A stretch of DNA of 64,000 nt from assembly GCA_964187785.1 (NCBI GenBank), contig OZ076409.1, positions 39,372,001 through 39,436,000 on the forward strand, given 5' to 3'. Made by a program: the position numbers and the translations under genes. This document shows, piece after piece, positions 51,516-64,000 of the stretch. The DNA comes from Amphiscolops sp. MND2022. Taxonomy: Eukaryota. The notes beneath the pieces were generated by a model that saw only the letters and a program-made list of their open reading frames with translations, made no database searches and was not told the origin of the DNA. The number at the start of each line of letters is the position of its first letter. Positions within the stretch are counted from its first letter, which is position 1.

Positions 51516-52959
51516 TGCGGCTAAGATTTCTCAATCACTAGTAATGCTAGCGCTACGAAAATTACACCACTAACGTAACTTTTTATGGTCTACGCGATGG
51601 TGCAATTCGTTTGAGGCTGCTTTTACTAGGAGGGATTTCGACCTGTGCTGGAAGCACTACTACATGGTTCCCAAAATGTCGCAAAAATAACGCGTTTTCG
51701 GCTATTTCTCAGCAACCACTGGTTGGAATCACTCGCGGTTTTCTGCGTTTGTAACGTTGCACTCTATAATAACAGAAAATGGGCAAGCAAAACCTGGTAG
51801 GATCCAAATGAGGTCTCAAAAATTTTTCAAATTGCACTTTTTACACTCTCGGAACAACACTGAAATAACGTGTTTTCGCCAAGAAATTCTTGTCTGTCAT
51901 TTCTTGGATGTTTGAGATCGTTTCAAAAGTATTGTAAGGAAGTGTGATAACTTATTTTGAGGGGTTGGGGTTCGTTCAGTTATTATTTTTGATGTTGTAT
52001 CTCTCAGGTCTATGGGGTCCTTTACTCAGGTCTATGTATATCAAAAGAAACAGGTCGTTAAAGTTTCAATTTCTATTGGGGAGCCGTAAAAAGCAACTTG
52101 GCAATAGTATTTTGTACTACCAAGCTAGGAAAAAGGGTTTTTGGGCTGATTTAGAAGCTTGGAAGCTAATCTCCAATGCTTTGCCCTCGTCAAATTGGGT
52201 CAAAATGGCCAAATTTGACGATTTTTCAACAAAAATCGCTGTATTTTTCGCTAATTTTGGGAAAGTGGCCCTGCGAATTTTTTTGTTCCTGACCCAGGGG
52301 GTCTATTGGAACGTTTTTCTAGTATTCCCACTGGCCTTACTCTATTTGACAAAATAGTGGCTTTCAAAATTCAAAATTTCGGTATTTGAGCTATAAATGA
52401 CGTTATTTTCGATGTTTTCGAGCTCAAAATTTTTTTACAACTGATCGGAATACCCTTTGGGTATTCTTCTCAGTTAGTTGTAGTGGGAATAGGCCTGGAA
52501 ATACTCTTTTTGGGCCTATAAATTAAGAAAATGGACGATTTCACCCGTATGACGTGGAGTATTGCAAATGCAGGGGCGTGGGAGGAGTAGTCGTGTAGGA
52601 CGTCGTCACGTCATCACAGCTGGTGGAAACCTTCAGCATTCGTCCTCTCTGTCCCCATACATTGCAAATTAGCTGAAATTAAGCTAAAAAACCCTTTAAA
52701 ACACGTCCCGGATAGGCCTGAACTGTTTTTTTTAGGTTTTAGTAAGGTAGAAGGGGGTACACTGTTATAAACTGTTAATTTCTCTAAGTAGACCTCAGAA
52801 ACATGCGGAAAACGCAGGAACAACACTAGAAGAAAGCCCAAAGGGCCAAAAAAAGGGCAATAAAAATAATCTAGGACTCTCCCATTAGTTTTCCTAGATC
52901 TGGACCCTCCGGGGCCGGAAAGCAGAAGTTGCTCCTACTTGTACGCAAAATGAAAAATA

Positions 52960-52976
52960 TCCCTCTGTGGTCGCCA
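52960..52976 (-). promoter_or_regulatory. PBS, tRNA-Arg-like
   Basis: TGGCGACCACAGAGGGA, 16 nt from the LTR end. Confidence 0.75.
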
Positions 52977-52992
52977 TAAAAACTATTCCAGA

Positions 52993-53713
52993 TGTAACGT
53001 CCGGCTAGCGGCGCACATCTAGGAAGAGGGAAAATGCCTAGGGGGTTCTTAAACAGGAGAACGTTGTCTTACTACATCCCTAGACACTAGTTTTTCTTCC
53101 CAAAATGGTCTCCTAGGGGGACTTTTCTATCGTCTAAGGAGGCTTCTCTAGTTAGAGCCCCGAAGCGACGCGCCGGCACTCTCAAAGTCCGGACACGCCC
53201 CACAAGCCTGTAAAAACGTATCCTAGGTTCCTAATGCGTTCCTACGAGTTCCTACATGCCTCCGAGGTCAAAACAGTGATTAGCTGGAAAACATCTTATT
53301 TTGCAAATGAGATATAAAAGGACCTAGAAGGTCAAACATCTTTCAAATACCAAAGGGGAAATATGGGGATTACAAAGAAAAACGGGGATAAACCCCAGTT
53401 ACTTTACAGTTTTCAAGCCATCGTTCGAAATACGTCTCTGGCAATCTTCATCGGATGTTGCTGACTTCCACAGGAGATGGCACAACACTCCGATAGTCGC
53501 TGTTTTGATATTTCTCGATCTTCTTGCATTCTTTCATCATTCTCTGCATTTTTTCTAGCACGTGCTCCATTTCTTGCTCGCTCTCCGCGTGTTCTCTCTT
53601 TTCTTTCACGCCTTTTGTACCTGCTAGGTCGGCCATCTTTTTTCTTCTATTTTGACATCGCACATTTCGAACTTTTCACCGAAATTTTGGTCATGCCGGT
53701 GGCAGACGTTACA
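52993..53713 (-). repeat. 5' LTR
   Basis: Direct repeat of 36120-36838. Confidence 0.95.
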
Positions 53714-54090
53714 GATATGTGTAACTATTTTCTAGCAAATCCGGCTGATAGAGTTTATATAGTCTATTAAAGATTACTCGATATTTCCGAGCGCAAGGCT
53801 AAGGGTCGTGGGTACTGCAATTGCCTTATTGCAATTGCAATTTGGTCTGAAAAGTAGCTTAAATCTTTCATTAGGGACTTTTTGGTACAATGAGTATTTA
53901 TGGAGTTTAAGATTAGGCAACGTAGCTACACTTGGACACCATCGCACAAGGAGAGCGTTCGTTCCTGGTCTGTTTTTAGCGGGCGTTTTCGAGGAAAATG
54001 CACGACTCTTACAGTGGCTACTTTTTATCGTCAGCTCAATGCGATCTGTTCACTTTTTGTGCACTGTGCACTTTTACCATAAGTAATTAG
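53714..54090 (-). pseudogene. Possible 5' (endonuclease) part of the interrupted LINE
   Basis: Weak remnants resembling GGV..Y and YRP motifs; position is colinear with 35361-36119. Confidence 0.35.
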
Positions 54091-55752
54091 TACTTCATTT
54101 TGAACTCGTCCAAAGCCTCTAACATGAAATACAAAGCCATTCCAAAGCAGAAGGGACTCCCATTCCCAATTTTTTGGCACTATGAGACTCCCATTGTTTC
54201 CGGCTTTGAGACTTTTTCGGAAACGTTTTAATGTCTCAAAAGGGTCCCATTCATTTTTCGATGTTTTGCAGCAGAATGGATGTTAAGAAATCCCAAAGGG
54301 ACCCCAAAGGCAGCAGATTTTCCGGTGCTATAAGATTGTTCAATGTTTTCATTTTTCGTCTGAATCAAGTTTTCTCAAAACAAATCCACCAATAATTTTT
54401 TTCAGTACCATCCGAATTTTTTAAGACCAGCATTTTTTCAATACTATGAGACGTTTTTCTAATTTGTTTTTATTGAAGGCCCCGCTCGATTTTTACTAAG
54501 ACCAAAGGTTTTGCGAACAGAGAGGACTTAGGGTTTTCGGTACTATGCGACTTACCAAAGAAAATTCTCAATTTTTTAATCATTTTTTAGAAGATTTCGG
54601 TTGAGCAAGATGGGTTTTTTGCTGTTTCCAATTGGGGAAATTGGTTTTCGAGTCTTATGCGTATCCCTTGGATTATTTTTTGGCAGTATTTTGATGAAAT
54701 TTTAACAATAGTGTCCTTTCACAAATTTAAAAATCTTTACATTTTTGAACTTTGAGCGGGGCGCCGACTAGGTCTGTTCCCGGCTTGTTGTTACTTGTTC
54801 AGAAATATCATGGAATCTTCTATATTAAAACAACCTTTATGTGATTCCGCAGTTATTAAGATGATTTTGTTGAAATTGTTAGTAGGGATGCTGTAGTTAC
54901 ATCATTGATCGGGGGGCTAGTTTATTCAGGGGTATGTTTCTTGGCATTGCGAAAGAATTCGGTGTTCAAATTTTTTTCTTGAACAAAAAAGTTAGGCAAT
55001 AAAAACAAGATGTGACTAATTCTGAATTTCAATTTAAAAATCAAATTAAAACAATCGACGTATCAAGGTTCAGGTGAGTTTGCCCTGGCAATATTTCTGA
55101 TGACTTTTGGATCGTCGAGAACGAATGGCAAATTAATCTTCACATCCATCTCAATTGTACAATATATCAAGTCAAAACGCATCAATAAGAGTCGACAGAC
55201 CAGCAAGCTATACTTCTGAGGGCACGGAGCAGTAACATCCAAATTTCCACATCGATTAACGTCTGAATTAACAACGTCTAAATTTGCACGATGACCCTTC
55301 CCACCAAAAAGGCATGTTCCCACTCAGTCGCTACGCGATGTTCGCTCTCGAAATGTTTTTTTCTTGCTCGACGACACTTAGCGCAAAACTTCTCCCGGAA
55401 ATGTACACCTTATACAATTGAAAAGCGGACGAGTAGATTTTTGTGATCAAACGAACTTCACGCTAGTATGTTGCAATGCTCGGAATATAGCGTGCTGATT
55501 TGAAATCATCCATTTGAAAATTGAAAAGCATTGTCCATTAATCAATCACACCTCTGTCAAAAACACACCCACTGCTCTCAACAATTTCGAAATCGAACTA
55601 CAGTCACTTCATCGATAAATAATTTTTCAAGTTTTAACTTTTAAAGTTCCAGTTAAGTTTCTAAAATGAAGTTTAAATACTTCAGTCTTATTGACAGTGT
55701 TAACTTCGTTGAATAAACATTGAGGCGGCTGTTATGTGTCAGCGCCTGGCCC

Positions 55753-56003
55753 TCAATCGTATCTATAAGACGGCGGATGTCCAGCCATGTCAAAAGCCGG
55801 CTCCTGTTGGGCGAAAGAAGGCCTGGAAGCAGAAGCCAGCGGTCTCCTGGGGTATGTCTCAGCAGTCGCAGAAACACCACCGCTGGCATTCTCAGCCGAT
55901 GATTTTTTCTGGGAAGTGGCCAGTCCAATTTCTGCTGCAAATGCTGTTGTCTGCAGCAATAGATTCTCGCTGGGTTCGTTGAACATTCGGAACAGTTCTG
56001 CAA
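55753..56003 (-). CDS. Innexin B terminal exon
   Basis: Acceptor gttttAG, phase 1. Reads VAELFRMFNEPSE...GHPPSYRYD*. Confidence 0.78.
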
Positions 56004-56771
56004 CTAAAACAAACGTCGACAACTTCTTAGACGTACCCACAAAACGGAGTTGTTGCCAAATTTTTAAAAATAAAATCAGAATGTAGATAAAGCTGATACT
56101 TGAAGGGAATCCCATCGATGGGTTGGTTCAAAGATGCATTAACAGTGCCTTTTTGAGAGTTTTTTAAAATTTGGTATTCCTTGGTGTGCCATCTCTGGCC
56201 ATTTGTAATAGTTTTGATTGCCTATAGTGCACCCAGCTTTACCCAGTGATAGAAATGCCATTGTCAATTCATGGAAATGTATTCTAACACCAATGTCTTT
56301 CGGAAGTCAGTAACTTGTCTTATTACTGGTTGTAACCGTTTACGAATTTATCGGATACCAGATATTTCAAAGATTTTTCAACCGGATACCGGATATTTCT
56401 AAATACGTTTTTCAATCTTTATTTTCGTTTGTTTTGAGTTCTTGAAATATGAATATTTTCTCTCAAAAAAGATTTTTTTTATTACAATGGACGTTCTGGC
56501 AAAATTTGAAATTTTTTCACCGCTGTAAGTAATCACAAAACACAATGCAATCAAAGACGTCGTTGATTTATCTACTCTGAACCTTTTTGAGTAAAATATT
56601 TTTTCTTAACCGGATACCAACCTTTGATAATTTACAGGATACTGGAATCCGGTACAATTCTAGTCATCAGCTTAACAAAATTTTTATCTTTACTATTGCT
56701 AATGCATGATTGATAGCATTAGAAATTGTCATTTCAGAAATTGAAATTGAAATCGTTCAATTTGTTCTTAC

Positions 56772-57119
56772 CGACTTGGTATACCAGAAGTGGGTTACAC
56801 GAATCAAGGAGAAGAACCAAAAGAAGTCTTCCGTCACACTTCAAGTAGTTGCGTGAGAATGACGCCACCCTCTGTCGATTGTGATCGGCCGCTTGAGGGC
56901 GTCCATTCTTAGACATTCTGTTCTCTTCGGCTGCTTCCAACACTCGACTAATGAAGCTTACACTCCGTGAACAACAAGCACTGCGCATAATCCACGCCCA
57001 GAAGTTGAAAAAATTTAGAAGTGTGAGAAGAGTGAGCCAAACCCAGAAAATGATGAACACTTTTTCGTAAAAATTCACGATTGTCACTGCGCATTCCACA
57101 GTGTATCTCTGGTTGTTTG
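56772..57119 (-). CDS. Innexin B exon (TM4 and conserved C-terminal region)
   Basis: ANNQRYTVECAVTIVNFYEKVFIIFWVW...FSRNYLKCDGRLLL; canonical AG and GTaag sites. Confidence 0.92.
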
Positions 57120-57596
57120 CTGAAAAGATTACACTTTTATGTAATACAAACAAAGTCGTGAATGTTTACTGTAAAACCTGATACGATCAGCCAATTGTCA
57201 ACTTATACAGAGGCATTATGTTTCTCACAAATGGCAACAATCAGAGACCAATTGACTCCAGCACTATTTTTCTCAGCTTGTTCATGTTTCTTTATTATTT
57301 TTCTCAGTAGTTTATGGCTGGTGTAAATAGTCAGCTAGTGAATACATTAGGGACAACAGACCAAAACCTTTTTACTAAAGTGATCAATGTCTTACTCAAC
57401 GCAGACGAACAATAAAATGGTACAACAAGAGCATAATGCACAAACATGTTTTATTTTACAAAATTCTCCACGTCATGTTCAATAAAATGTAGCTGGTGCT
57501 GTCTAACAACCAATAATCAAGCAACATCTAGTTTTTCCCAGCAGATGCTAACAGCATCAACGTGATGCATGAAGTTATCAGAAGATCTTCATAGAC

Positions 57597-57956
57597 ATTT
57601 TTGCAAAGTCAGAGTTAATGACTCCAATGATTTGGCAAACCTGAGCTATTCCGTGTTGTTGCTTCGAAGCAACAACACGGAATAGCTCAGGTTTGCCAAA
57701 TCATTGGAGTCATTAACTCTGACTTTGCAAAAATTACTTCGAAGCAACAACACGGAATAGCTCAGGTTTGCCAAATCATTGGAGTCATTAACTCTGACTT
57801 TGCAAAAATTACTTCGAAGCAACAACACGGAATAGCTCAGGTTTGCCAAATCATTGGAGTCATTAACTCTGACTTTGCAAAAATTACTTCGAAGCAACAA
57901 CACGGAATAGCTCAGGTTTGCCAAATCATTGGAGTCATTAACTCTGACTTTGCAAA
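57597..57956. repeat. Perfect 138-bp palindrome plus four tandem 75-bp units
   Basis: Palindrome 57597-57734 centred on gcttc|gaagc; units start at 57662, 57737, 57812 and 57887. Confidence 0.95.
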
Positions 57957-58049
57957 GTTACGGATCCGTAACTGAAGAATGAAATTCGTATGAAGAATCA
58001 ATTGAATGCAGCCTTATTAACGAACATACCATTTTTTAATTGGCCATAA

Positions 58050-60000
58050 ACTAGATCATTGTGACGTCATCATGACGACTTGCTCATACAGCTAGAAAAC
58101 TTATGAAGAAGCCTACCCAGTGTAAAAACTTTTGCAATTCTTGATAAGAATCTTGGATATTTTTGGATTTCTTGGTAAGAATCTTGCCAAGATTCTCGCC
58201 AAGAAATCCAAGAATTTGTAAGATCTTGCAATATCGTGCCAAAAAATTCAAGAGATGAACTGACAAAAGTGAATGAAAACAAACAAAAACCCGACGCCCA
58301 CTGCACCTTGATCAGCGTACCTATTATGCCGCAGCTTTCCGCGCTACCAACCAAGCTATCACGTTCTGAATTTCACTACTTTGTGCAGTCCTATATTCAA
58401 TACTTCAAAGAATGATAGTGTAGCTGGTAGTGCGAACAACAGCAAAGTACTTGTAAACAAAATCGCTGTTTGTTTTACAACTTATTCATTCTCTTGACAC
58501 TCGTGATAAGACTCTTATCAAGATTCCTTTCAAGAATATCAAGAGGTTTGTGTGAAGCAAGAATGAACAAGATCTTATCAAGAGTTTCAAGAGTAAACAG
58601 GAATATGTAAGAATATGCAAGATCTTGGCAAGAGTTTCAAGAGTTTTTACACTAGGTAGAGTCATAGCATCAACTGAAACATGGCTCACTCGAAATCATT
58701 CCGTTAACAACCTAATTCTTCCAAGAAATCATCTCTTCCATTGCCTTTTTCAGCAAACGTTGCCACAGCGTGAAGAATGATTGTCATTTTTGAAGAGCCT
58801 AAATCATGATACTGTCTTATTTGGAGACTTCATTATCGAAACAATTGTAGACAAAAACACAATTGTAGTGATTGTGAAGAGTTACTGTATGCCTTTGACT
58901 TTGAAGGGCAAACCACAGTCGGCAGAGGGTACCACAACAATATCCATTTTAATAGATTCGCTGAGCACAAGCTTCCAAACGCAAACACAAATTACCACAA
59001 CAAATATTGATCGTATCAACGTTTCAGTTGCGATATCTCTACTCCAAAATTATATAAAACATAAGCGTTACTGCTTTAGGTGCAATATCTCTATTCCCAT
59101 TTAAATAAAACATAAGCATTCCCTATAAAAACACGAAACTTGTAAAAGTGGAAAAGGTGGAAAAATTATTGAGTTCTCTTTTCTCTCAACTCAAACGGAA
59201 AAATTGGCGCAACGGATAGTTGAATATGTTGATTGCTTCGCAACGAGAAGAGTTATTAATCACCAAACAAAACAGTTTTTTATTTGTCTTTTTGCTCCAG
59301 TATATCTCGAATTTCGTTCCAATCCCTCATATAGTCATGCAATCAGCGAATTCATAGAAGATTTAATCTACAATTAGTTCACGGGAAAAGCATGTTTTTT
59401 ATTCTCAAAAAACGGTTCAGTCATTAAACCATTCTCAATAGTTGCACAAATACACAATTACGGGGTCAGAGGACCTACATTGCTTATCATGATCGACTGT
59501 TAACAAACAGATGGCAAAATGTATTTTATAAAAGAAAAACTATCAAAAAACTTCCTGGTATCACCGGCGTACCTCCAGGATCTATTTGAGTGCCATAATT
59601 TTTTCGTTTTAAAATCAACGAGTTGACAGCTAATGTTCAGCGAAAAATAAAAGAGCAATTTTTGCTAGGGATTCTTCTTTATTCAAATCCAGAACAGGTA
59701 ACCAAGTAGCAAACCAAAAGGATGCGAATGAAATGACAACATCTTTTCCTCCCGAAAAACAGTCCATCAATTCTTCAAGTGTGGAACGTTTCCTGTGGTA
59801 ATGATCACCCTCCAGTTTCGAAAATTGTTGACATCAACATCCCTGAGAAGTCTCGATAGGAATATTTCGGAAAATTCTGAACCTCATCTAATTTTTTGCC
59901 AATAAATGAGATATGAAGCAAAAACACTCAAGTAATTGTTTGCAGAGTAATTTAGAGTAAGGTATTTGTATACAATGAAAGGTTTCTCATCATTTTATAT
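58050..60000 (+). pseudogene. Degenerate LINE (APE endonuclease + RT remnants)
   Basis: VIASTETWL, LFGDF, NYGVRGP and GVPPGS remnants in correct order. Confidence 0.7.
58116..58656. mobile_element. TIR MITE inserted at TA within the LINE
   Basis: TIR cccagtgtaaaaact / agtttttacactagg, TA on both sides, tcttg/caaga-rich subterminal repeats. Confidence 0.78.
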
Positions 60001-60879
60001 CTCATGCCAAAACTACCATTTTTAGTCGGCGCATTTTAACAAAATGAACCCAACTTTTACAGTGGCAAGTTTTTTTTGTTTCGACAGATAAAAGAATGTA
60101 TCCGTATTGGACACTTATTGGACAGAACTAGTAAGCTACTACACCAACAACTGGAAACGCATCTGAGTTAGAGCAAAGGGTCCCCCTTTCATTCACTACC
60201 TTTTAACGAAAGATTCAAAACCGTACAAGACTATAGGATCTCCCTTTGGGATTTTGGCACTGTGTGTTTTTTCGAGTATTTTTCGAAATTTTTAAATTCT
60301 ATGGGAATGCCCACAAAGGCAGTTTAGGAACTGTTGGCCAAGCTCAACGCTGTTTTCGAGGAATGTGATTTTCACAAAAAGGTGAAAGATGTTCACAAAC
60401 AAACAGAACCTGTGACCTTATACGAGATATTTGTTTATGAAAACTTTTGCGAAATCTCAAACCAAAATGTCTGCTCGATATTAACTAGATGGTCAATCGG
60501 GACTTGTTCGATACTCGATGTTCTTTGAAGAGACAACTATACGTAACTTATAGTTGGAAAACCACCAACCAAAAATCATTGAAAAACTGCTTCCCTCTAA
60601 ACCCTACCATTTTAAGTCATTATCAATAAACTGCTATTTCAAAACTATCTAGAACTAATACATACATCCAAGACACGCAGGACTTGAAATCGTGTTTTTA
60701 GTCGGTGCTTTTCTAGAGAAAAGTGTCGACTGTGGTCATGGCTTTTCGCCATGTTTTTCAATGTTTTTTCGCGATACACTTGAAGTGACAAAAATAGTTC
60801 TACCCTAAAAGTTCTAAAAATATTTAAGAAGACGCTAAATTGTACTCCTTGACCCAAGGAACTGAATCAAAAAGGTTTC

Positions 60880-61185
60880 CTGCGTAACATAGAATACCGG
60901 ACGAGGCCAAACGGTCCCCTCTTTCAGTTTTTTCGGCCTTGGGAGGCTATTTTTGGGGAAAATGGTTTTTCTCAAAGTGTCCCCCTTCCATTTTTTTGGA
61001 GTTTTGCGACAGAATGGATAATGAAAATCCCAAAAGGTCCCCCCTTTCAGTTTCTTCCGGCATTTTGATCCTTTTTTCCAATTTTTTTTATAAAAGCATC
61101 CCCGATTCACCAATACTTTTTGAAGTCCTTTTGCTATTTTTGAGCCTTAGATATGACGCCGATTTGGGCCGGTCCCGGCTTGTTT
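60880..61185 (+). mobile_element. Copy of the Helitron-like dispersed repeat
   Basis: Same 5' (cgtaac..ccggacgag..ggtcccc) and 3' (gagccttagatatgacgccga..cccggcttgtt) signatures as 26414-26719. Confidence 0.5.
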
Positions 61186-62510
61186 AAGTTGAGCAGTTTG
61201 TTGGCACCTATCGTCTATTGTCGTCTATTACAAAAGTAGAGGGAAGACTTTTGATTTTTCTCGGCAGTATGCTACTTTTTTTGGACCTTTTTCATTCAAT
61301 GTGCCCCGCGCTCAATATTCAGCAGAAACTATTTGTTTCGCTTGTACAGAAGGTCACCTTGGTTTTTTTCGGCAAAATGAGGTTTCTTAAAGTTTTACAA
61401 AAGTTTCGCAGAAAAACGTTTTGTAAAATTTATTAAAAAAAAATCTAATCCATTGTCCCAGAGATGATTAGGGAATGAAATGTTTTTTTTTGGTCCTTTG
61501 AAACTGGTGACAGTTTTTTCATTACCTGTGGAAAAACAAGATTTTCCTGTGGAGAAACTGAGCTTTTTGGCACTTTGCGGCTTTTCTTCGAAAAAAAATC
61601 AAAAGTTCAAATGGTAACTTCCTTCACTTTTCAAAAGTTTTTGGCTTGGAACAAGCGTTGTCTGAACAAAGAGGGTCTCCTTTTGAGTTTTTCGACGCCG
61701 CTAAGAAACTTTTTCCGGATCGAAAAATTTCCGACAATTCGGTTTTTTCCAGCACTGGGCGACTTTTCTTTGAAAATTTTTCATTTGGTCAAAGGTTGTA
61801 CCGTCTTAACTCACATGAAGTTTTCAGGCGTTAAAACGCGTTTCGCGAGGGCAATGCTCTTTTCTCGGCACCATAAGACTTTTTTCCAAGAAAAAACGGT
61901 TCAAAAAATCTATTCTCAAAAATATGTTCTCTGATGTTTCCAGTTGGGAGAAATTTGTTCTGAAGCTTATGGGTATCTTTCTTTTCCGGTACTGTAAGTT
62001 TGATGAATTTTTGCATATTCAATATGAAATAAAATATTATGCTTTAGGGAACGCGGGAGAGCCATTTTGTTGCAAAGAACAGAAAAAAGCGTCTCATGGG
62101 AACTCATTCAAATTCAAATCTGGACCTGTTCCCTGCTTTAGGAGCCAGCACTCGAACCACTAGACCAACTACCAACTTCATCGGCTGCCCGATTTGTGTC
62201 TGTCTTCAATCTGTCTACAAAAAATGACTTCAATATTAGAGTGTTATCAGTTTCGACAGAGATCACCGAATAAAAAAGGTGTCCAACCTGCAAGTGCACC
62301 ATACTAATTTGAGAAAAAACTGCTAAAAATAGGGACTTCCAAAATTCAATCATCAATAATGTTTTTCTAAGGTCATTTCAGTGACTTTTTCTGTTGATTA
62401 ATGTATTCATTTTGCAACCTAATCTAAATACTACATCTTTCTTTGTATTTTGAAGGAAACGAAGATATTGCAGTACCCCTGCGCCTCTCGTTTCATGGCA
62501 GTTAACTTAC

Positions 62511-62745
62511 CAATGCTTCGAACTGTCATGTCACAAAGGATAAGTTTATCCGGAAACAAGAGGGTCTGGAGGCGTTGGAGGGTCAAGTTGTTGATGAAGT
62601 GAAGTGGTGACGTCATGAGTTCGAAACTGGACACGAAAACAAGCCCGATGAAAACAGAGAGCGAGACGAAGATGTAGTCCAATTTGTGGCCGATGTACAT
62701 TATCGCCATCACTACTCGACACTTGATTGGGCAAGGGAAAGAGCG
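62511..62745 (-). CDS. Innexin B exon (TM3 and second extracellular loop); the 5' exons lie beyond the window
   Basis: RSFPCPIKCRVVMAIMYIGHK...LLFPDKLILCDMTVRSI; AG and GTaagt sites; same intron positions and phases as innexin A. Confidence 0.85.
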
Positions 62746-64000
62746 CTAAAAATATGACTATTGTGTTTGTTACGACTTATTGAGCTTGCCTGGGCTCTTA
62801 CCAACTGAGAAAGTAAGTACCAGTGGGCTGTTACCATCTGAGAAAGAGTTTGGTTCTCATTGCTTTTGTATTATTCATACTAGAAGTCAGAAAAGTTGTT
62901 CACACAAACTGATGTGAAGAAATTCGAGTTGGATCGATTTAAGAAAATTGTTAAAAATCGAGTTTAAAAAACTGTTCACACCAACTTTTCTTTCAAGCAA
63001 AAGTTCCAGTTGGATCAACTGGTTTCCTGGAAAAATTGAAGCGACTGTTATGTTTGCAACATAGTGTGTCTCTTTTTTAGTCGGTATTTTCTTTTTTAAT
63101 TAAAAATCTATTAGTAGATAGAAATTAAATTAATGATTTTTTAAAAGCCACTCGAGCTCGCTGATTTTATATTGTGGAGGTTTCTTTACTACGTTGTCAG
63201 ACCATTGTGTGTTGGGTTTAGCATAAGGAACTGGTAAACAGGAGTATGTGGATTGAACCCGCACAGGGCTAAAAAAATTGTTTATAAAGCTAGACTAGAT
63301 CATTTGGGTTTTTCGGTACTGTGCAATATTTTCAGTAAAATCTTTTTTGAAAAAATAAAGTTCCAAAATTTTGAGCTGGTTGATGTTTCCATTTAAGAAA
63401 AACGTTCGTCGAATCTCGAGGGTGACCACTTCGTGTTTTTTTATTGTGCAGCTGATGCGAATTTTCTCAATGCTTGTGCTTGAGCATAATTCAAAGATTT
63501 TGGTCTTTTTGAACCGTAACCGGAGCGCTGACTTGGCCGTTGCGACTTGTTCTTCTATAGGTTTTTTGGTTTTGTCGCAACCTTTGTTCTTAAGATGGAT
63601 ACCGACTCCAACAATCCAATGATGGGCAAAATCATGCTTCTGTATTTTTTAGTCGGCGCTTCATGAAGTGAAACGCGAATATTATTGTGACTCTTTCATT
63701 TTTTTTCAATCCACACGAACTGACCAAAATAGTTCTCAAAAGTTCTACAAAATTTTACGGTCCGAAATTGAATCATTTAGCCTAGCGAACTGAACCAAAA
63801 AGGTTTTTCTTCTTTTTCTGCGTAACATACAATACCGGGAGAGACTAAAGGGTCCCCTTTTTTCGGCATTGTGAGACTTTTTTCATTTTTTTTCTGCCAA
63901 AGGGTCCCCTTCAATTTTTTGATGTTTTGCGACAGCATAGATTTTTAAAAATCCGAATTGTCCCGGCGTGCCAATTCGGCCAACTTTCGTACTGTAAAAG

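Larger units (their letters stand above)
36120..53713 (-). mobile_element. Large Gypsy LTR retrotransposon with accessory ORFs and a nested BEL/Pao fragment
   Basis: LTRs 36120-36838 and 52993-53713 differ at roughly a dozen positions. PBS 52960-52976, PPT at 36839-36852, pol in PR-RT-RH-IN order. Flanks (g)gat / gata are a possibly damaged TSD. Confidence 0.95.

Noticed and set aside
57646..57924. CRISPR-like array or 25-aa repeat protein
   Set aside because: The units are identical with no unique spacers, the context is eukaryotic and intronic, and the ORF is a by-product of the 75-bp period.

Overview
Repeat-rich eukaryotic DNA, most likely from an invertebrate animal: it has spliceosomal introns and two innexin genes. 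Two spliced innexin paralogs lie in tandem on the minus strand. Innexin A has five phase-consistent exons between 16103 and 6073; innexin B has three 3' exons between 62745 and 55753. Almost everything else is nested transposable elements: a Gypsy element at 1-5260, hAT and TIR-type MITEs, a decayed hAT transposon, a non-autonomous LTR element (18241-26086), an internally deleted Gypsy (about 28430-35360), and degenerate LINEs. The largest is a 17.6-kb Gypsy element (36120-53713) containing a truncated BEL/Pao insertion. Downstream of its integrase this element carries AT-hooks, a Cys cluster, two tandem TARG1/OARD1-like macrodomains and a separate ~1150-codon ORF with an SGNH-hydrolase-like domain. 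Its family also shows a 15-16 nt LTR-to-PBS spacer, internal PPT copies and a tandem pseudo-protease. Other oddities are a tRNA-like Pol III unit inside the BEL LTR and a perfect 138-bp palindrome seeding a 75-bp tandem array. All domain calls come from motif recognition by eye; no searches were run.
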